Below, in pieces: positions 28,906-38,682 of a stretch of DNA of 53,013 nucleotides (the stretch's first letter is position 1; each line of letters opens with the position of its first letter). The notes below the pieces were generated by a model, which saw only the letters and a program-made list of their open reading frames with translations, did no database searches and was not told the DNA's origin. The stretch comes from Flavobacteriales bacterium (lineage in GTDB: Bacteria; Bacteroidota; Bacteroidia; Flavobacteriales; BACL11): the NCBI GenBank assembly GCA_045561575.1, contig JBJKXM010000017.1:1-53013 (forward strand), written 5' to 3'. A program made the position numbers and the translations under genes.

Positions 28906-30044
28906 GTCATCTTATTGAAGACCTTTTTGGTATATATATACCCCTTCCAATTCAAACTTTTGGATTTTGGGTTGCAATTGCATTTATGGCAGCAGCCTAT
29001 GTAATTAAATTAGAATTAGAAAGGAAAGAAAAAATAGGCTTAATATCATCTACGAAAATCAATCAAATTGTTGGCAATAAGTTATCGTATACAGAAATAA
29101 TAATAAGTTTATTATCGGGTTTTATACTTGGATATAAAATATTAGAAGGTGTATTGTTTTATGATGATTTAGTAAGAGACCCTCAATCATTTATACTTTC
29201 TACTAGAGGAAATTTATTTGGTGGATTAATTTTTGCTTATCTATCTTATTATCAAAAAAATAAAGAAAACAAAAAACAATTACTTGCTAAACCAAAAAAA
29301 ATAGAGAAGATTTTTCATCCTTATGAATTAGTTGGAAATATTACTTTAATAGCAGCTATTTCTGGAATAATAGGTGCCAAAATTTTCCATAATCTTGAAA
29401 ACATAGATGACTTTCTGGCTGATCCAATGGGGCAATTATTATCCTTTAGTGGACTTACATTTTATGGAGGATTGATTTGTGGAGCTATCTCAGTAATTAT
29501 TTACTGCAGAAAATATAAAATTAATATTATTCACTTAATGGATAGTGCTGCTCCTGCCCTAATGATTTCTTATGCAATAGGAAGAATAGGTTGTCAAATG
29601 TCTGGTGATGGTGATTGGGGAATTGTTAATCTAGCACCTAAACCTGAATGGCTTGCAATGTTTCCTGATTGGATATGGAGCTATAATTTTCCAAACAATG
29701 TTATTAATGCCGGAGTATATATTGAAGGATGTACAGGTCGTTTTTGTTCTGTTCTTCCACAACCTGTATGGCCTACATCACTTTATGAAACAATAATGTG
29801 TTTAATGCTATTTGGTCTGCTTTGGTTTCTAAGAAAGAAAATTGGTATTCCTGGAATGATATTTAGTATTTACTTAATACTTAATGGAACTGAAAGATTC
29901 TTTATAGAAAAAATAAGAGTTAATACAGAATATAATTTTTTAGGTGGAATTACTCAAGCTGAAATTATATCTTTCTGTTTAATAATTACTGGATTATTAA
30001 TGTCTTTTTTCTTTGTAATGAAATACAAAAAAAGAGAAAAATAG
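28890..30044 (+). CDS. lgt: Prolipoprotein diacylglyceryl transferase family protein (long, divergent form)
   Basis: GLTFYGG, GRIGC, PTSLYE, ERFFIEKIR, TQAE; many TM helices. 16-bp overlap with mtaB. Confidence 0.8.
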   Translation: MYPTISHLIEDLFGIYIPLPIQTFGFWVAIAFMAAAYVIKLELERKEKIGLISSTKINQIVGNKLSYTEIIISLLSGFILGYKILEGVLFYDDLVRDPQSFILSTRGNLFGGLIFAYLSYYQKNKENKKQLLAKPKKIEKIFHPYELVGNITLIAAISGIIGAKIFHNLENIDDFLADPMGQLLSFSGLTFYGGLICGAISVIIYCRKYKINIIHLMDSAAPALMISYAIGRIGCQMSGDGDWGIVNLAPKPEWLAMFPDWIWSYNFPNNVINAGVYIEGCTGRFCSVLPQPVWPTSLYETIMCLMLFGLLWFLRKKIGIPGMIFSIYLILNGTERFFIEKIRVNTEYNFLGGITQAEIISFCLIITGLLMSFFFVMKYKKREK

Positions 30045-30051
30045 TTTATAA

Positions 30052-31476
30052 CTATTTATTAATTTTTATTAAATAAAGGCCGATAAATGTTATTAAGCCA
30101 TTTAATATTAATAATTCAAATCCAAAAGGAATATATAAATTCAATACATAACAAATAACAGGAGATAGAATAGCAATTATTGGTACTAGCTTATCTCTTA
30201 CTTGATACTTTGTAAATAATCCAAAGGAAAACATTCCAAGAAGTGGTCCATAAGTATATCCAGCTACTGTAAATAATGACTTTATTACACTCTGATCATT
30301 AATAGCATTAAAAATTAGAATAACACCAAGAAGTACTAATGATAATAAAAGATGAACAAATTTTCTAGTTTTTATTTGCTGTTTAGGTTCTTGCTTTTCA
30401 AATTCTAGAATATCAACACAAAAAGCTGTAGTAAGAGAAGTTAAAGCAGAATCAGCGCTGGAGTAAGCAGCAGCAATAATTCCAATAATAAATAATATAC
30501 CTACATATACTGGCAATCCTGAATTTAGAGCAATATTTGGAAATAACATATCTGCGTTATCTGGGGGAATAATAGCAAATGTATCTGAGTATATATAAAG
30601 CAGAGCACCAAGAGATAAAAATATTAAATCAACAAATATTAAAATGGTACTAAATACGGTCATATTTTTCTGTGCATCTTTTAAGTTTCTACAACTTAAA
30701 TTCTTTTGCATTTGATCTTGGTCAAGTCCAGTCATAACAATTGCCATGAACATACCAGAGAAAAACTGTTTGAAAAAGTATTTTTTATCAGTCCAATCAT
30801 CAAAAAAGAACATTTTTGAATAATCAGAATCTGCTATTAAAGAAACAACTGATGATACATTAACATCCATTTTTTGCATCAATGTATATGCTATAAGAAT
30901 AACAGTAGAAAGCATAAATGTAGTCTGGAGCGTATCTGTCCAAATAATGGTTTTCATTCCACTACGATAGGTATAAAGCCAAATTAGAGCTATTGTAATA
31001 ATTACTGTAATATAAAATGGAATGTTCCAGGATTCAAAAACAGCAAATTGAAGTACAGTAGCAATTAAAAATAATCTAAATGAAGCCCCAATTGTTCTTG
31101 AAAGTAAAAAGAAAGATGATCCAGTCTTATAACTACTATTTCCAAATCTATCTCTTAAATAGGTATAAATCGATGTAAGTTCGAGCCTATAATAAAGAGG
31201 TAATAAAATTCTAGCAATTATAAAATACCCACAGAAAAAACCAAATACCATTTGCATGTATGAAAATTGACTAGATGCAACCCAGCCAGGAACAGAAATA
31301 AATGTAATTCCTGAAAGTGTTGTTCCAATCATACCATAGGCAATAACAAACCAAGGAGAGTTCCTATTTCCTAGAAAGAAAGTATCGTTACTATCATTTT
31401 TACCAGTAATGTATGATATAACAAAAAGAAGTAAAAAATAGGCAGCAATACAGCTTAAAATAATTGTTGGATTCAT
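30052..31476 (-). CDS. Sodium:solute symporter
   Basis: FFLGNR, GMIGTTLSGITFISVPG, SIYTYLRDRFG, IWTDTLQT, GLDQDQMQK, AAYSSADS. Confidence 0.93.
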   Translation of the reverse strand: MNPTIILSCIAAYFLLLFVISYITGKNDSNDTFFLGNRNSPWFVIAYGMIGTTLSGITFISVPGWVASSQFSYMQMVFGFFCGYFIIARILLPLYYRLELTSIYTYLRDRFGNSSYKTGSSFFLLSRTIGASFRLFLIATVLQFAVFESWNIPFYITVIITIALIWLYTYRSGMKTIIWTDTLQTTFMLSTVILIAYTLMQKMDVNVSSVVSLIADSDYSKMFFFDDWTDKKYFFKQFFSGMFMAIVMTGLDQDQMQKNLSCRNLKDAQKNMTVFSTILIFVDLIFLSLGALLYIYSDTFAIIPPDNADMLFPNIALNSGLPVYVGILFIIGIIAAAYSSADSALTSLTTAFCVDILEFEKQEPKQQIKTRKFVHLLLSLVLLGVILIFNAINDQSVIKSLFTVAGYTYGPLLGMFSFGLFTKYQVRDKLVPIIAILSPVICYVLNLYIPFGFELLILNGLITFIGLYLIKINK

Positions 31477-31494
31477 TTGATTTTTTAATTACTA

Positions 31495-31529
31495 CAAATG
31501 TAGAATTTTTAAATATTTATTTAACTTTA
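31495..31529. promoter_or_regulatory. Divergent promoter elements: TACATTTG (-, 31495-31502) and variant TAACTTTA (+, 31522-31529)
   Basis: 18 nt before the symporter ATG and 5 nt before the recR ATG, respectively. Confidence 0.55.
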
Positions 31530-31534
31530 CAGCA

Positions 31535-32155
31535 ATGGAATTTCCCTCAGAACTTGTTAAAAATGCTGTTGAACAACTATCTACACTTCCTGGAATAGGA
31601 AAGCGTTCAGCACTAAGGTTAGCTCTTCATTTGTTAAAAAAAGATAAACACCAAGTTGAGAAATTTGGTAAATCTTTTATTGATTTAATTAATAATATAA
31701 ACTATTGCAGAGAGTGTCATACAATCTCAGATTTTGAAATTTGTAAGGTTTGTTCTAATCCCAGCAGAGATAAATCATTAATCTGCGTTGTAGAGGATAT
31801 TAGAACGATGATGGCAATAGAAAATACTTTGCAATACAAGGGGGTTTACCATGTTCTTGGTGGTCTTATCTCACCACTTGAGGGAATTGCCCCAGATGAT
31901 CTTAAAATTGAGGAATTAGTAACAAAAACAGAAACTTTAGAAATTAAAGAAATAATTTTTGCTCTTAGTACTACAATGGAAGGAGATACAACTAATTATT
32001 ATCTATTTAAAAGGTTAAAAGAAAAAGATATAAAAATATCTTCTATTGCAAGAGGAATTGCAATCGGTGATGAATTAGAATATACTGATGAAGTAACGCT
32101 AGGAGCTGCTATTTCTAGTAGGCTTCCTTATTCAGATAAGATAAAAACAGAATAA
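31535..32155 (+). CDS. recR: Recombination mediator RecR
   Basis: LPGIGKRSALR, C4 zinc finger, ICVVE, YHVLGG.ISP, EGDTT, ELEYTD. Confidence 0.97.
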   Translation: MEFPSELVKNAVEQLSTLPGIGKRSALRLALHLLKKDKHQVEKFGKSFIDLINNINYCRECHTISDFEICKVCSNPSRDKSLICVVEDIRTMMAIENTLQYKGVYHVLGGLISPLEGIAPDDLKIEELVTKTETLEIKEIIFALSTTMEGDTTNYYLFKRLKEKDIKISSIARGIAIGDELEYTDEVTLGAAISSRLPYSDKIKTE

Positions 32156-32186
32156 ATAAAAAACTAAATTATTGAACAAGATTTAT

Positions 32187-32194
32187 TAATTTTG
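32187..32194 (+). promoter_or_regulatory. -7 promoter element (TAATTTTG)
   Basis: TAnnTTTG, 16 nt before the ATG at 32211. Confidence 0.65.
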
Positions 32195-32210
32195 CATAAA
32201 ATTTTTAAAA

Positions 32211-33566
32211 ATGGCTAGAGTAGAATTGATTATGCCCAAAATGGGCGAAAGTGTTTCGGAAGCAACTATTATTTCATGGACTAAAGAAATTGGTGAAAAT
32301 GTAGAATTAGATGAAACAATAGTTGAAATTGCTACCGATAAAGTTGATTCTGAAGTTCCTTCAACTCACGAAGGAAAACTAGTCGAAAAATTATTTGAGG
32401 CTGATGATTTAGTACAAGTTGGAGAAGCATTTGCTGTATTAGAAACTGAAGGTGATGACAACGTAACTGAATCTGTTGAAACCGTTGAAGAAACTCCTGC
32501 TCCTGTTGTGGAAGAAACTCCAACACCTACTATTCAAGCAACTCCTAAAGCTGAAGAAAAAGTAGCTCCAATTGCAAATTCTGGAGATCGTTTTTACTCT
32601 CCACTTGTTAGAAATATAGCCGCTAAAGAAAATATTAGTGTCGAAGAATTAAATACTATTCCAGGCACTGGAAAAGATGGTAGAGTTTCAAAAGCTGATA
32701 TGATAAGCTACTTAAAAAATAGATCTGCTGATCCACAAACAGAATCTCCAAAGCCTGTAGCTATTCCACAAGAAACACAGCAAGTTAAAGAAGTTAAAAC
32801 TGAAGCTCCTAAAGCTGAAAAGCCAAAACCAGCTTCTACTCCAATTCCAAATACAGGAGATGTAGAAATTGTAGAAATGGATAGAATGAGAAAGCTTATT
32901 TCAGCTCACATGACCATGTCTAAAGCAACATCTGCACATATCACATCATTTGTTGAAGCTGATATGACTAATATTGTTAATTGGAGGAATTCTGTTAAAG
33001 AAGATTTTAAAGCTAGAGAAGGGCAAAACATTACCTTCACTCCTATTATCATAGAGGCAATGGCAAAAGCTGTTAAAGATTTCCCAATGATAAATGTTTC
33101 TGTGGATGGAACCAATATTCATATTCATAAAAATGTAAATGTTGGAATGGCGGCTGCTTTACCTGATGGTAACCTAATTGTTCCTGTAATTAAACATTGT
33201 CAAGATAAAAATCTTGTTGGTATTACTAAATCAGTTAATGATTTAGCTACTAGAGCTAGAGCTGGAAAACTTGATCCAGACGATATTCAAGGTGGTACAA
33301 TAACTATGACTAACGTAGGTACATTTGGAAATCTTATGGGTACTCCAATTATTAATCAACCACAAGTTGCAATTATGGCATGTGGTGTAATTAAGAAAAA
33401 GCCAGTTGTTTTGGAAACTGAGTATGGTGATGTAATTGCTATTAGACATATGATGTTCCTATCTCTTTCATATGATCATAGAGTTGTTGATGGTGCTCTT
33501 GGAGGACAATTCGTAAGAAAAGTTGCTGATTATCTTGAAGGTTTTGATACTTCTACAGTAGTATAA
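32211..33566 (+). CDS. 2-oxo-acid dehydrogenase E2 (dihydrolipoamide acyltransferase), probably branched-chain type
   Basis: Lipoyl motif EIATDKVDSEV, E3-binding YSPLVR...GTGKDGRV, catalytic SYDHRVVDG; Pro/Glu/Ala linkers. Confidence 0.93.
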   Translation: MARVELIMPKMGESVSEATIISWTKEIGENVELDETIVEIATDKVDSEVPSTHEGKLVEKLFEADDLVQVGEAFAVLETEGDDNVTESVETVEETPAPVVEETPTPTIQATPKAEEKVAPIANSGDRFYSPLVRNIAAKENISVEELNTIPGTGKDGRVSKADMISYLKNRSADPQTESPKPVAIPQETQQVKEVKTEAPKAEKPKPASTPIPNTGDVEIVEMDRMRKLISAHMTMSKATSAHITSFVEADMTNIVNWRNSVKEDFKAREGQNITFTPIIIEAMAKAVKDFPMINVSVDGTNIHIHKNVNVGMAAALPDGNLIVPVIKHCQDKNLVGITKSVNDLATRARAGKLDPDDIQGGTITMTNVGTFGNLMGTPIINQPQVAIMACGVIKKKPVVLETEYGDVIAIRHMMFLSLSYDHRVVDGALGGQFVRKVADYLEGFDTSTVV

Positions 33567-33584
33567 TCTTGTTTCAAGATTTTA
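33565..33584 (+). terminator. Weak hairpin AATCTTG-TTT-CAAGATT followed by a short T run, directly after the E2 stop
   Basis: 7-bp stem with only 2 GC pairs and a 3-nt loop. Could be a partial terminator or a stabiliser. Confidence 0.3.
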
Positions 33585-33591
33585 CAATTAA

Positions 33592-34377
33592 ATGAATCTT
33601 AAATTAAATAGACCCATTGTTTTCTTTGATTTAGAAACAACGGGCGTAAATATTGTTAAGGATAGAATAGTAGAAATATCAATTCTAAAAGTATTTCCCA
33701 ATGGAAATAAAGAATCTAAAACATGGCTAGTAAACCCAACTATTAGCATTCCAAAAGAAACAACTGCTATTCATGGCATTACAGATCAAAAAGTAGCAAA
33801 TGAACCAACATTTGAACAATTACACAAAGAAATAATAGATATCATTTCAAATTGTGATTTAGCAGGTTATAATTCAAATAAATTTGATATTCCTTTACTT
33901 GCAGAAGAATTTTTAAGATGTGGGTATGATTTTTCAATGAAAAATATAAAAACTATAGATATCCAAAATATTTTTCACAAACTAGAAAGAAGAACACTAT
34001 CTGCTGCATATCAATTTTACTGTAATAAAGAGCTTGTAAATGCTCATTCTGCGGAAGCTGATACTATTGCTACATATGAAATATTACTTGCTCAGATAGA
34101 ACGTTATAAAGAGTTAGAAAATGACATTAATTTTTTATCAAGTTTTTCTGAAAGAGGTAACAAAAGACTTGATATTGCAGGTTTTATTAGAGAAAATGAT
34201 GACAATCAAGCTATTATAACTTTTGGTAAGTTCAAGGATAAAACTCTTGATGAAATCTATGATTTAAATCCAGGTTATTTTTCATGGATTAATCAAGCAG
34301 ATTTTCCTTTATACACAAAAAAAATACTTAAAGAACTAGTTGCTGAAATCAAACTAAAAAGAAAATTTGATAGTTAA
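33592..34377 (+). CDS. DEDDh 3'-5' exonuclease (DnaQ/epsilon-like)
   Basis: FFDLETTG, AIHGIT, YNSNKFD, HSAEADT, C-terminal FGKFK. Confidence 0.92.
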   Translation: MNLKLNRPIVFFDLETTGVNIVKDRIVEISILKVFPNGNKESKTWLVNPTISIPKETTAIHGITDQKVANEPTFEQLHKEIIDIISNCDLAGYNSNKFDIPLLAEEFLRCGYDFSMKNIKTIDIQNIFHKLERRTLSAAYQFYCNKELVNAHSAEADTIATYEILLAQIERYKELENDINFLSSFSERGNKRLDIAGFIRENDDNQAIITFGKFKDKTLDEIYDLNPGYFSWINQADFPLYTKKILKELVAEIKLKRKFDS

Positions 34378-34379
34378 TT

Positions 34380-34991
34380 ATGAAAATCATTTGTATAGGC
34401 AGAAATTATCACGATCATATAAGTGAATTAAAAAATAAAATAACTAAGGAACCACTATTTTTTTTAAAACCTGATACTGCCATTCAACCAAAAGGACATC
34501 CTTTTTTTATTCCAGATTTTTCTAATAATATTCACTATGAGGTTGAATTAGTTATTAAAGTTTCTAAAAACGGAAAGAATATTAATGAACAATTTTCACA
34601 CAAATATTATGAAGAAATTGGTTTAGGAATTGATTTTACTGCCAGAGATATTCAAGAGCAATGTAAGGAACTAGGACACCCATGGGAAAAAGCTAAGGGA
34701 TTTGATGGTGCAGCACAAATAAGTCATAAATTCATAAATAAAAATGATTTAGATTTAAATAATATTTGTTTCAAATTAGAAAAAAATCAACAAATTGTTC
34801 AAAATGGTAATTCTAAAGATATGATTTATTCATTTGATTACATAATTTCATATGTTTCTAAATTCTACACCCTAAGAGCTGGAGATTTAATTTACACAGG
34901 CACTCCAGCAGGTGTTGACAGTGTTAAAATTGGTGATAAATTAATTGGGTATTTAGAAGAAGAAAAAATTCTTTCAGTAAATATTAAATAA
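34380..34991 (+). CDS. Fumarylacetoacetate hydrolase family protein
   Basis: KIICIGRNY, FFLKP, HYEVEL, DFTARD, WEKAKGFD, GDLIYTGTPAGV. Confidence 0.94.
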   Translation: MKIICIGRNYHDHISELKNKITKEPLFFLKPDTAIQPKGHPFFIPDFSNNIHYEVELVIKVSKNGKNINEQFSHKYYEEIGLGIDFTARDIQEQCKELGHPWEKAKGFDGAAQISHKFINKNDLDLNNICFKLEKNQQIVQNGNSKDMIYSFDYIISYVSKFYTLRAGDLIYTGTPAGVDSVKIGDKLIGYLEEEKILSVNIK

Positions 34992-34993
34992 TT

Positions 34994-35551
34994 TTATTTA
35001 AAAGACCTAATTAAATAATTAGCATTTAAAGTACCATTACTAATATCTTTTAGCTTTCCTTTAATCATTCTTTTTCTCAGAGGAGAGATTTTATCTACAA
35101 ATAATATTCCTTCAATATGATCATATTCATGCAAAATAACTCTTGCATTTAATCCATCATATGTTTCAATGTATTTATTAAACTCTTTATCAAAATACTC
35201 GATAGTTATTTTAGATAATCTCATAACATCTTCTCTAACTTCAGGAATACTTAAACAGCCTTCACTAAACGACCATGAATCACCAGTAATAGAAGTAATT
35301 TTAGGGTTTATAAATATTTTTTTACATACTACATGATCAGGACTATCATCATCTTTAAAAGGAGTAGTATCTACAATAAATAAACGAATAGATTTATTTA
35401 TTTGAGGAGCAGCTAAACCGACTCCACTTGCAGCGTACATTGTTTCAAACATATTATCAATTAACTGATCAAGATTTGGGTAAGAACTATCAATTTCTTT
35501 ACATGCTGATCTTAAAACATTAGAACCATATGCTACAATAGGTAAAATCAT
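34994..35551 (-). CDS. def: Peptide deformylase
   Basis: GVGLAAPQI, EGCLSIP, HEYDH. Confidence 0.97.
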   Translation of the reverse strand: MILPIVAYGSNVLRSACKEIDSSYPNLDQLIDNMFETMYAASGVGLAAPQINKSIRLFIVDTTPFKDDDSPDHVVCKKIFINPKITSITGDSWSFSEGCLSIPEVREDVMRLSKITIEYFDKEFNKYIETYDGLNARVILHEYDHIEGILFVDKISPLRKRMIKGKLKDISNGTLNANYLIRSFK

Positions 35552-36517
35552 TTATAAAATAGCTTCAATTATATCATCAACACTCATTTCCTTTGATTCT
35601 GCCTTATAATTTTTAACAATTCTATGTCTAAGTATTGGCTTAGCAATTGCCATAACATCTTCAATATCAGGAGTAAACTTACCATTTAGTAAACAATGAC
35701 ATTTAGCTGCTAAAATCATAAATTGAGATGCTCTAGGACCTGCTCCCCATTCAATATATTCATTAACAATATCATCAGAATTTTTTGAATTAGGTCTAGT
35801 TTTAGTTACTAGAGAAACTGCATATTCTAAAACATTATTATTAATCGGTACAGATCTTATAAGATTTTGAAATGATAATATTTCATCTGAAGACATAATT
35901 TTATTTAAACTTATATTTTGATATGAAGTTGTTCTTTTAACAATATCTAATTCTTCTTTATAGCTAGGGTAATCAAGCACTATATTAAACATAAAACGAT
36001 CTAGTTGAGCTTCTGGTAAAGGGTAGGTTCCCTCTTGTTCAATTGGATTTTGAGTAGCTAAAACAAAAAACGGTTTATCCAGCTGATAGTGATTTCCAGA
36101 ATTAGTAATAGATTTTTCTTGCATTGCCTCTAAAAGGGCAGCTTGAGTCTTTGGAGGAGTTCTATTAATTTCATCAGCTAATATAATATTTGAAAAAATA
36201 GGACCTTTAATAAACTTAAATTGCCTGTCATTATCTAAAATTTCAGAACCTACAATATCTGACGGCATTAAATCAGGAGTAAATTGAATTCTATTAAAAC
36301 TTAAACCTAAACATTTAGAAATTGTTTGAACAAGTAGCGTTTTTGCTAGTCCCGGAACACCTACTAAAAGAGAGTGACCATCGCAAAAAATTGACATTAA
36401 AACCTGATCAACAACATCATTTTGACCTACTATAACCTTTGAGATTTCTTTCTTAAAATTTTGATAAGAGTTAACGAATTGATTTACTAACTCAACATTT
36501 GCTTTATCCGTTTCCAT
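35552..36517 (-). CDS. MoxR-family AAA+ ATPase
   Basis: GVPGLAKT, RIQFTPDLMPSD, ADEINRTPPKTQAALLEAMQE, ATQNPIEQEGTYPLPEAQLDRF. Confidence 0.95.
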   Translation of the reverse strand: METDKANVELVNQFVNSYQNFKKEISKVIVGQNDVVDQVLMSIFCDGHSLLVGVPGLAKTLLVQTISKCLGLSFNRIQFTPDLMPSDIVGSEILDNDRQFKFIKGPIFSNIILADEINRTPPKTQAALLEAMQEKSITNSGNHYQLDKPFFVLATQNPIEQEGTYPLPEAQLDRFMFNIVLDYPSYKEELDIVKRTTSYQNISLNKIMSSDEILSFQNLIRSVPINNNVLEYAVSLVTKTRPNSKNSDDIVNEYIEWGAGPRASQFMILAAKCHCLLNGKFTPDIEDVMAIAKPILRHRIVKNYKAESKEMSVDDIIEAIL

Positions 36518-36519
36518 AA

Positions 36520-37848
36520 TTATTTAATCCATTTTTTATAGCATGCACATTCTGATAAATCATTTGAGATATTTATATATGTATTTGCTAAATTATCACT
36601 AACCCACTTTTCTAAAACACTTTGTTTTTTATTAGATAATGCGTATTCTTTTAAAAGATCAAAATCATCTACGATGTTGGCTTTATGCTCTTCAATCTTA
36701 TTATTAAGCTTGACTAATCTGTAAGTGGCTTGAGTTCCGTCTTGAGATTTTGATAAAGATGGGTCAGAAATATCACCAATATTCATTCTTTCAACTATGT
36801 ACCTAATACTTGGATCTAACTCTTCAAATGTAAAAAAAGTCGTTCCATTTTTGGGATTAATAATTAATCCACCATTGTTTTTACTTTCATCATCAGAATA
36901 TTTTTGTAAAGCATCTTTAAATGATATTAAGGAACTATCTAAATCAGACTTAATTGAATTTATATTTTCTCTTGCATTTTGTAGAGATAATGATGAAAAC
37001 TTAGGTTTAATTAAAATATGACGAACGTTAATTTGTTCTCCTCTCCTTTCAATCATTTGAATAATATGATATCCAAATTTTGACTCAACAACTTCAGAAA
37101 TTTCATCTTTTTTAAGCTTAAAAGCAGCTCTTTCAAACTCTGGCACCAAATCACCCCTTTGCATAAAACCTAATTCTCCACCATTATTTGCAGATACAAC
37201 ATCATCTGAATAAAGGGTCGCTAAAACTTTGAAATCTTCACCATTATAAATTCTTTTTCTAAAACTATTTAATTTTTCCTTAATACTATTCTTTTTATCT
37301 TCAGAAAGCTCAGGCTCAATAACAATTTGAGACATTTGTAGCTTTGTTGGAACTATAGGAATTTCTTCGCTATTTAAAGTTCTATAAAAATCTTTAACTT
37401 CATTAGGAGTAATCTTTACATCACTTATGATTTTAGTTTGTTTTTTTTGAGTATAAAACTGATCCTTTACAATGATTCTAAGTTCATCTTCCATACTTTC
37501 AATAGTTCTATTAAAATAAGATTCCACTTTTTCTAGTGAACCTAGTTGGTTTTCAAAATAAGAAATTCTATTATTTATTTCTGCATCAATATCATCAGAA
37601 ACAATTTCAATTGTACTATCTATTTTTGCATGGTGAATAAGAAAATTTTGAAGAAGTAATTCATCAACAATTTGACATCTCATATCTTCAGTTTCAATAA
37701 CACCTTGACTAAGAATTTGATTATATTGATTTTCAATATCAGATATTAATAAAATTTCACTTCCTATAATAGCTTGAATTTTATCAATAGATTGAGCATG
37801 TGACAAAATAGATATAAATAATAAAATATTTAATAAGATTATTTTCAT
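36520..37848 (-). CDS. surA: SurA-like periplasmic parvulin PPIase/chaperone
   Basis: Signal peptide; IDKIQAIIG; two parvulin domains (FKVLATLYSDD...GGELG...LVPEFE...FGYHII; ALQKYSDD). Confidence 0.85.
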   Translation of the reverse strand: MKIILLNILLFISILSHAQSIDKIQAIIGSEILLISDIENQYNQILSQGVIETEDMRCQIVDELLLQNFLIHHAKIDSTIEIVSDDIDAEINNRISYFENQLGSLEKVESYFNRTIESMEDELRIIVKDQFYTQKKQTKIISDVKITPNEVKDFYRTLNSEEIPIVPTKLQMSQIVIEPELSEDKKNSIKEKLNSFRKRIYNGEDFKVLATLYSDDVVSANNGGELGFMQRGDLVPEFERAAFKLKKDEISEVVESKFGYHIIQMIERRGEQINVRHILIKPKFSSLSLQNARENINSIKSDLDSSLISFKDALQKYSDDESKNNGGLIINPKNGTTFFTFEELDPSIRYIVERMNIGDISDPSLSKSQDGTQATYRLVKLNNKIEEHKANIVDDFDLLKEYALSNKKQSVLEKWVSDNLANTYINISNDLSECACYKKWIK

Positions 37849-38678
37849 TTAAAAATTTTTATGTCATTATTAAGTTTTCCATTTTGAATTAACTCATTTT
37901 CTACTTTAAATAAATAATCCATTTTATTTTTATTAAGAATCAATGATTTAATTTTTTCTTTTTCAATAGAAAAAGGACTGATTTCACCTTTAAATTTAAA
38001 CTCTCTAAAAAGCAATAAATATATAAAATTATCCTCTTCAATAATCTCATATTTTCTTTTAGAGTAAAAAATATTTCGAGCTGATACAGATTTAGGCATT
38101 TTTTGCTTTATAGGATTAAAATAATTCCAAATAGAGTCATTTATAAAATACTCTTTTGCATATAGCATACAGTAACTTACCATTTCATCAATATCAGTAT
38201 CGTCATTAGATCTAAATAATTTATAAAGACTTTTAATATTTGGAGCATTTTTATCAATTATTATATAACGACCTTTAAATATATCTTGATCTAGCCTAAA
38301 CTCATTAATATTATTATTGTAATAATTTATTAAATCATCTAAAAGAACTGTAGTGTCAAAATTTTGATCAATAAGCCTTTGTTGATACTCATAAATTAAA
38401 AGTGAGTTTTTATAATCAGAAACTTTTTTTTCTAACTCATCTGTATTATCATCTATATTAATGTATGCTTGGTTTAATAAAACTTTTTTAGAAACCCAAT
38501 CATCAACATACTTATTTAAATAAGAATTGGTATCTGAGATATTAGAAGGTAAGTTATATATAACATCATCATAAAACAAAGTATAATCATATACTTCAGC
38601 AAGTATACTATCTTCAGATTTTTTTTGACAAGAACTTAAAATAATTAAAAATGAAATTATTGAAAAAAATATTCTCAC
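37845..38678 (-). CDS. Lipoprotein, PPIase/foldase-like (no clear catalytic motif)
   Basis: Lipobox LSSC; ILAEV, YKNSLLIYEY, YYNNN...F.L. Lies between two PPIase genes. Confidence 0.65.
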   Translation of the reverse strand: MRIFFSIISFLIILSSCQKKSEDSILAEVYDYTLFYDDVIYNLPSNISDTNSYLNKYVDDWVSKKVLLNQAYINIDDNTDELEKKVSDYKNSLLIYEYQQRLIDQNFDTTVLLDDLINYYNNNINEFRLDQDIFKGRYIIIDKNAPNIKSLYKLFRSNDDTDIDEMVSYCMLYAKEYFINDSIWNYFNPIKQKMPKSVSARNIFYSKRKYEIIEEDNFIYLLLFREFKFKGEISPFSIEKEKIKSLILNKNKMDYLFKVENELIQNGKLNNDIKIFK

Positions 38679-38682
38679 AGAA

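Noticed and set aside
32455-32850. Short repeats (GAAGAAACTCC twice) and higher GC in the E2 gene as a sign of foreign DNA
   Set aside because: Explained by the normal Pro/Glu/Ala/Thr linkers of E2 subunits and a highly expressed gene.
33592-34377. DEDDh nuclease as a defence or CRISPR-associated component
   Set aside because: It sits in an ordinary housekeeping run (recR-E2-exonuclease-FAH) with no defence genes nearby.
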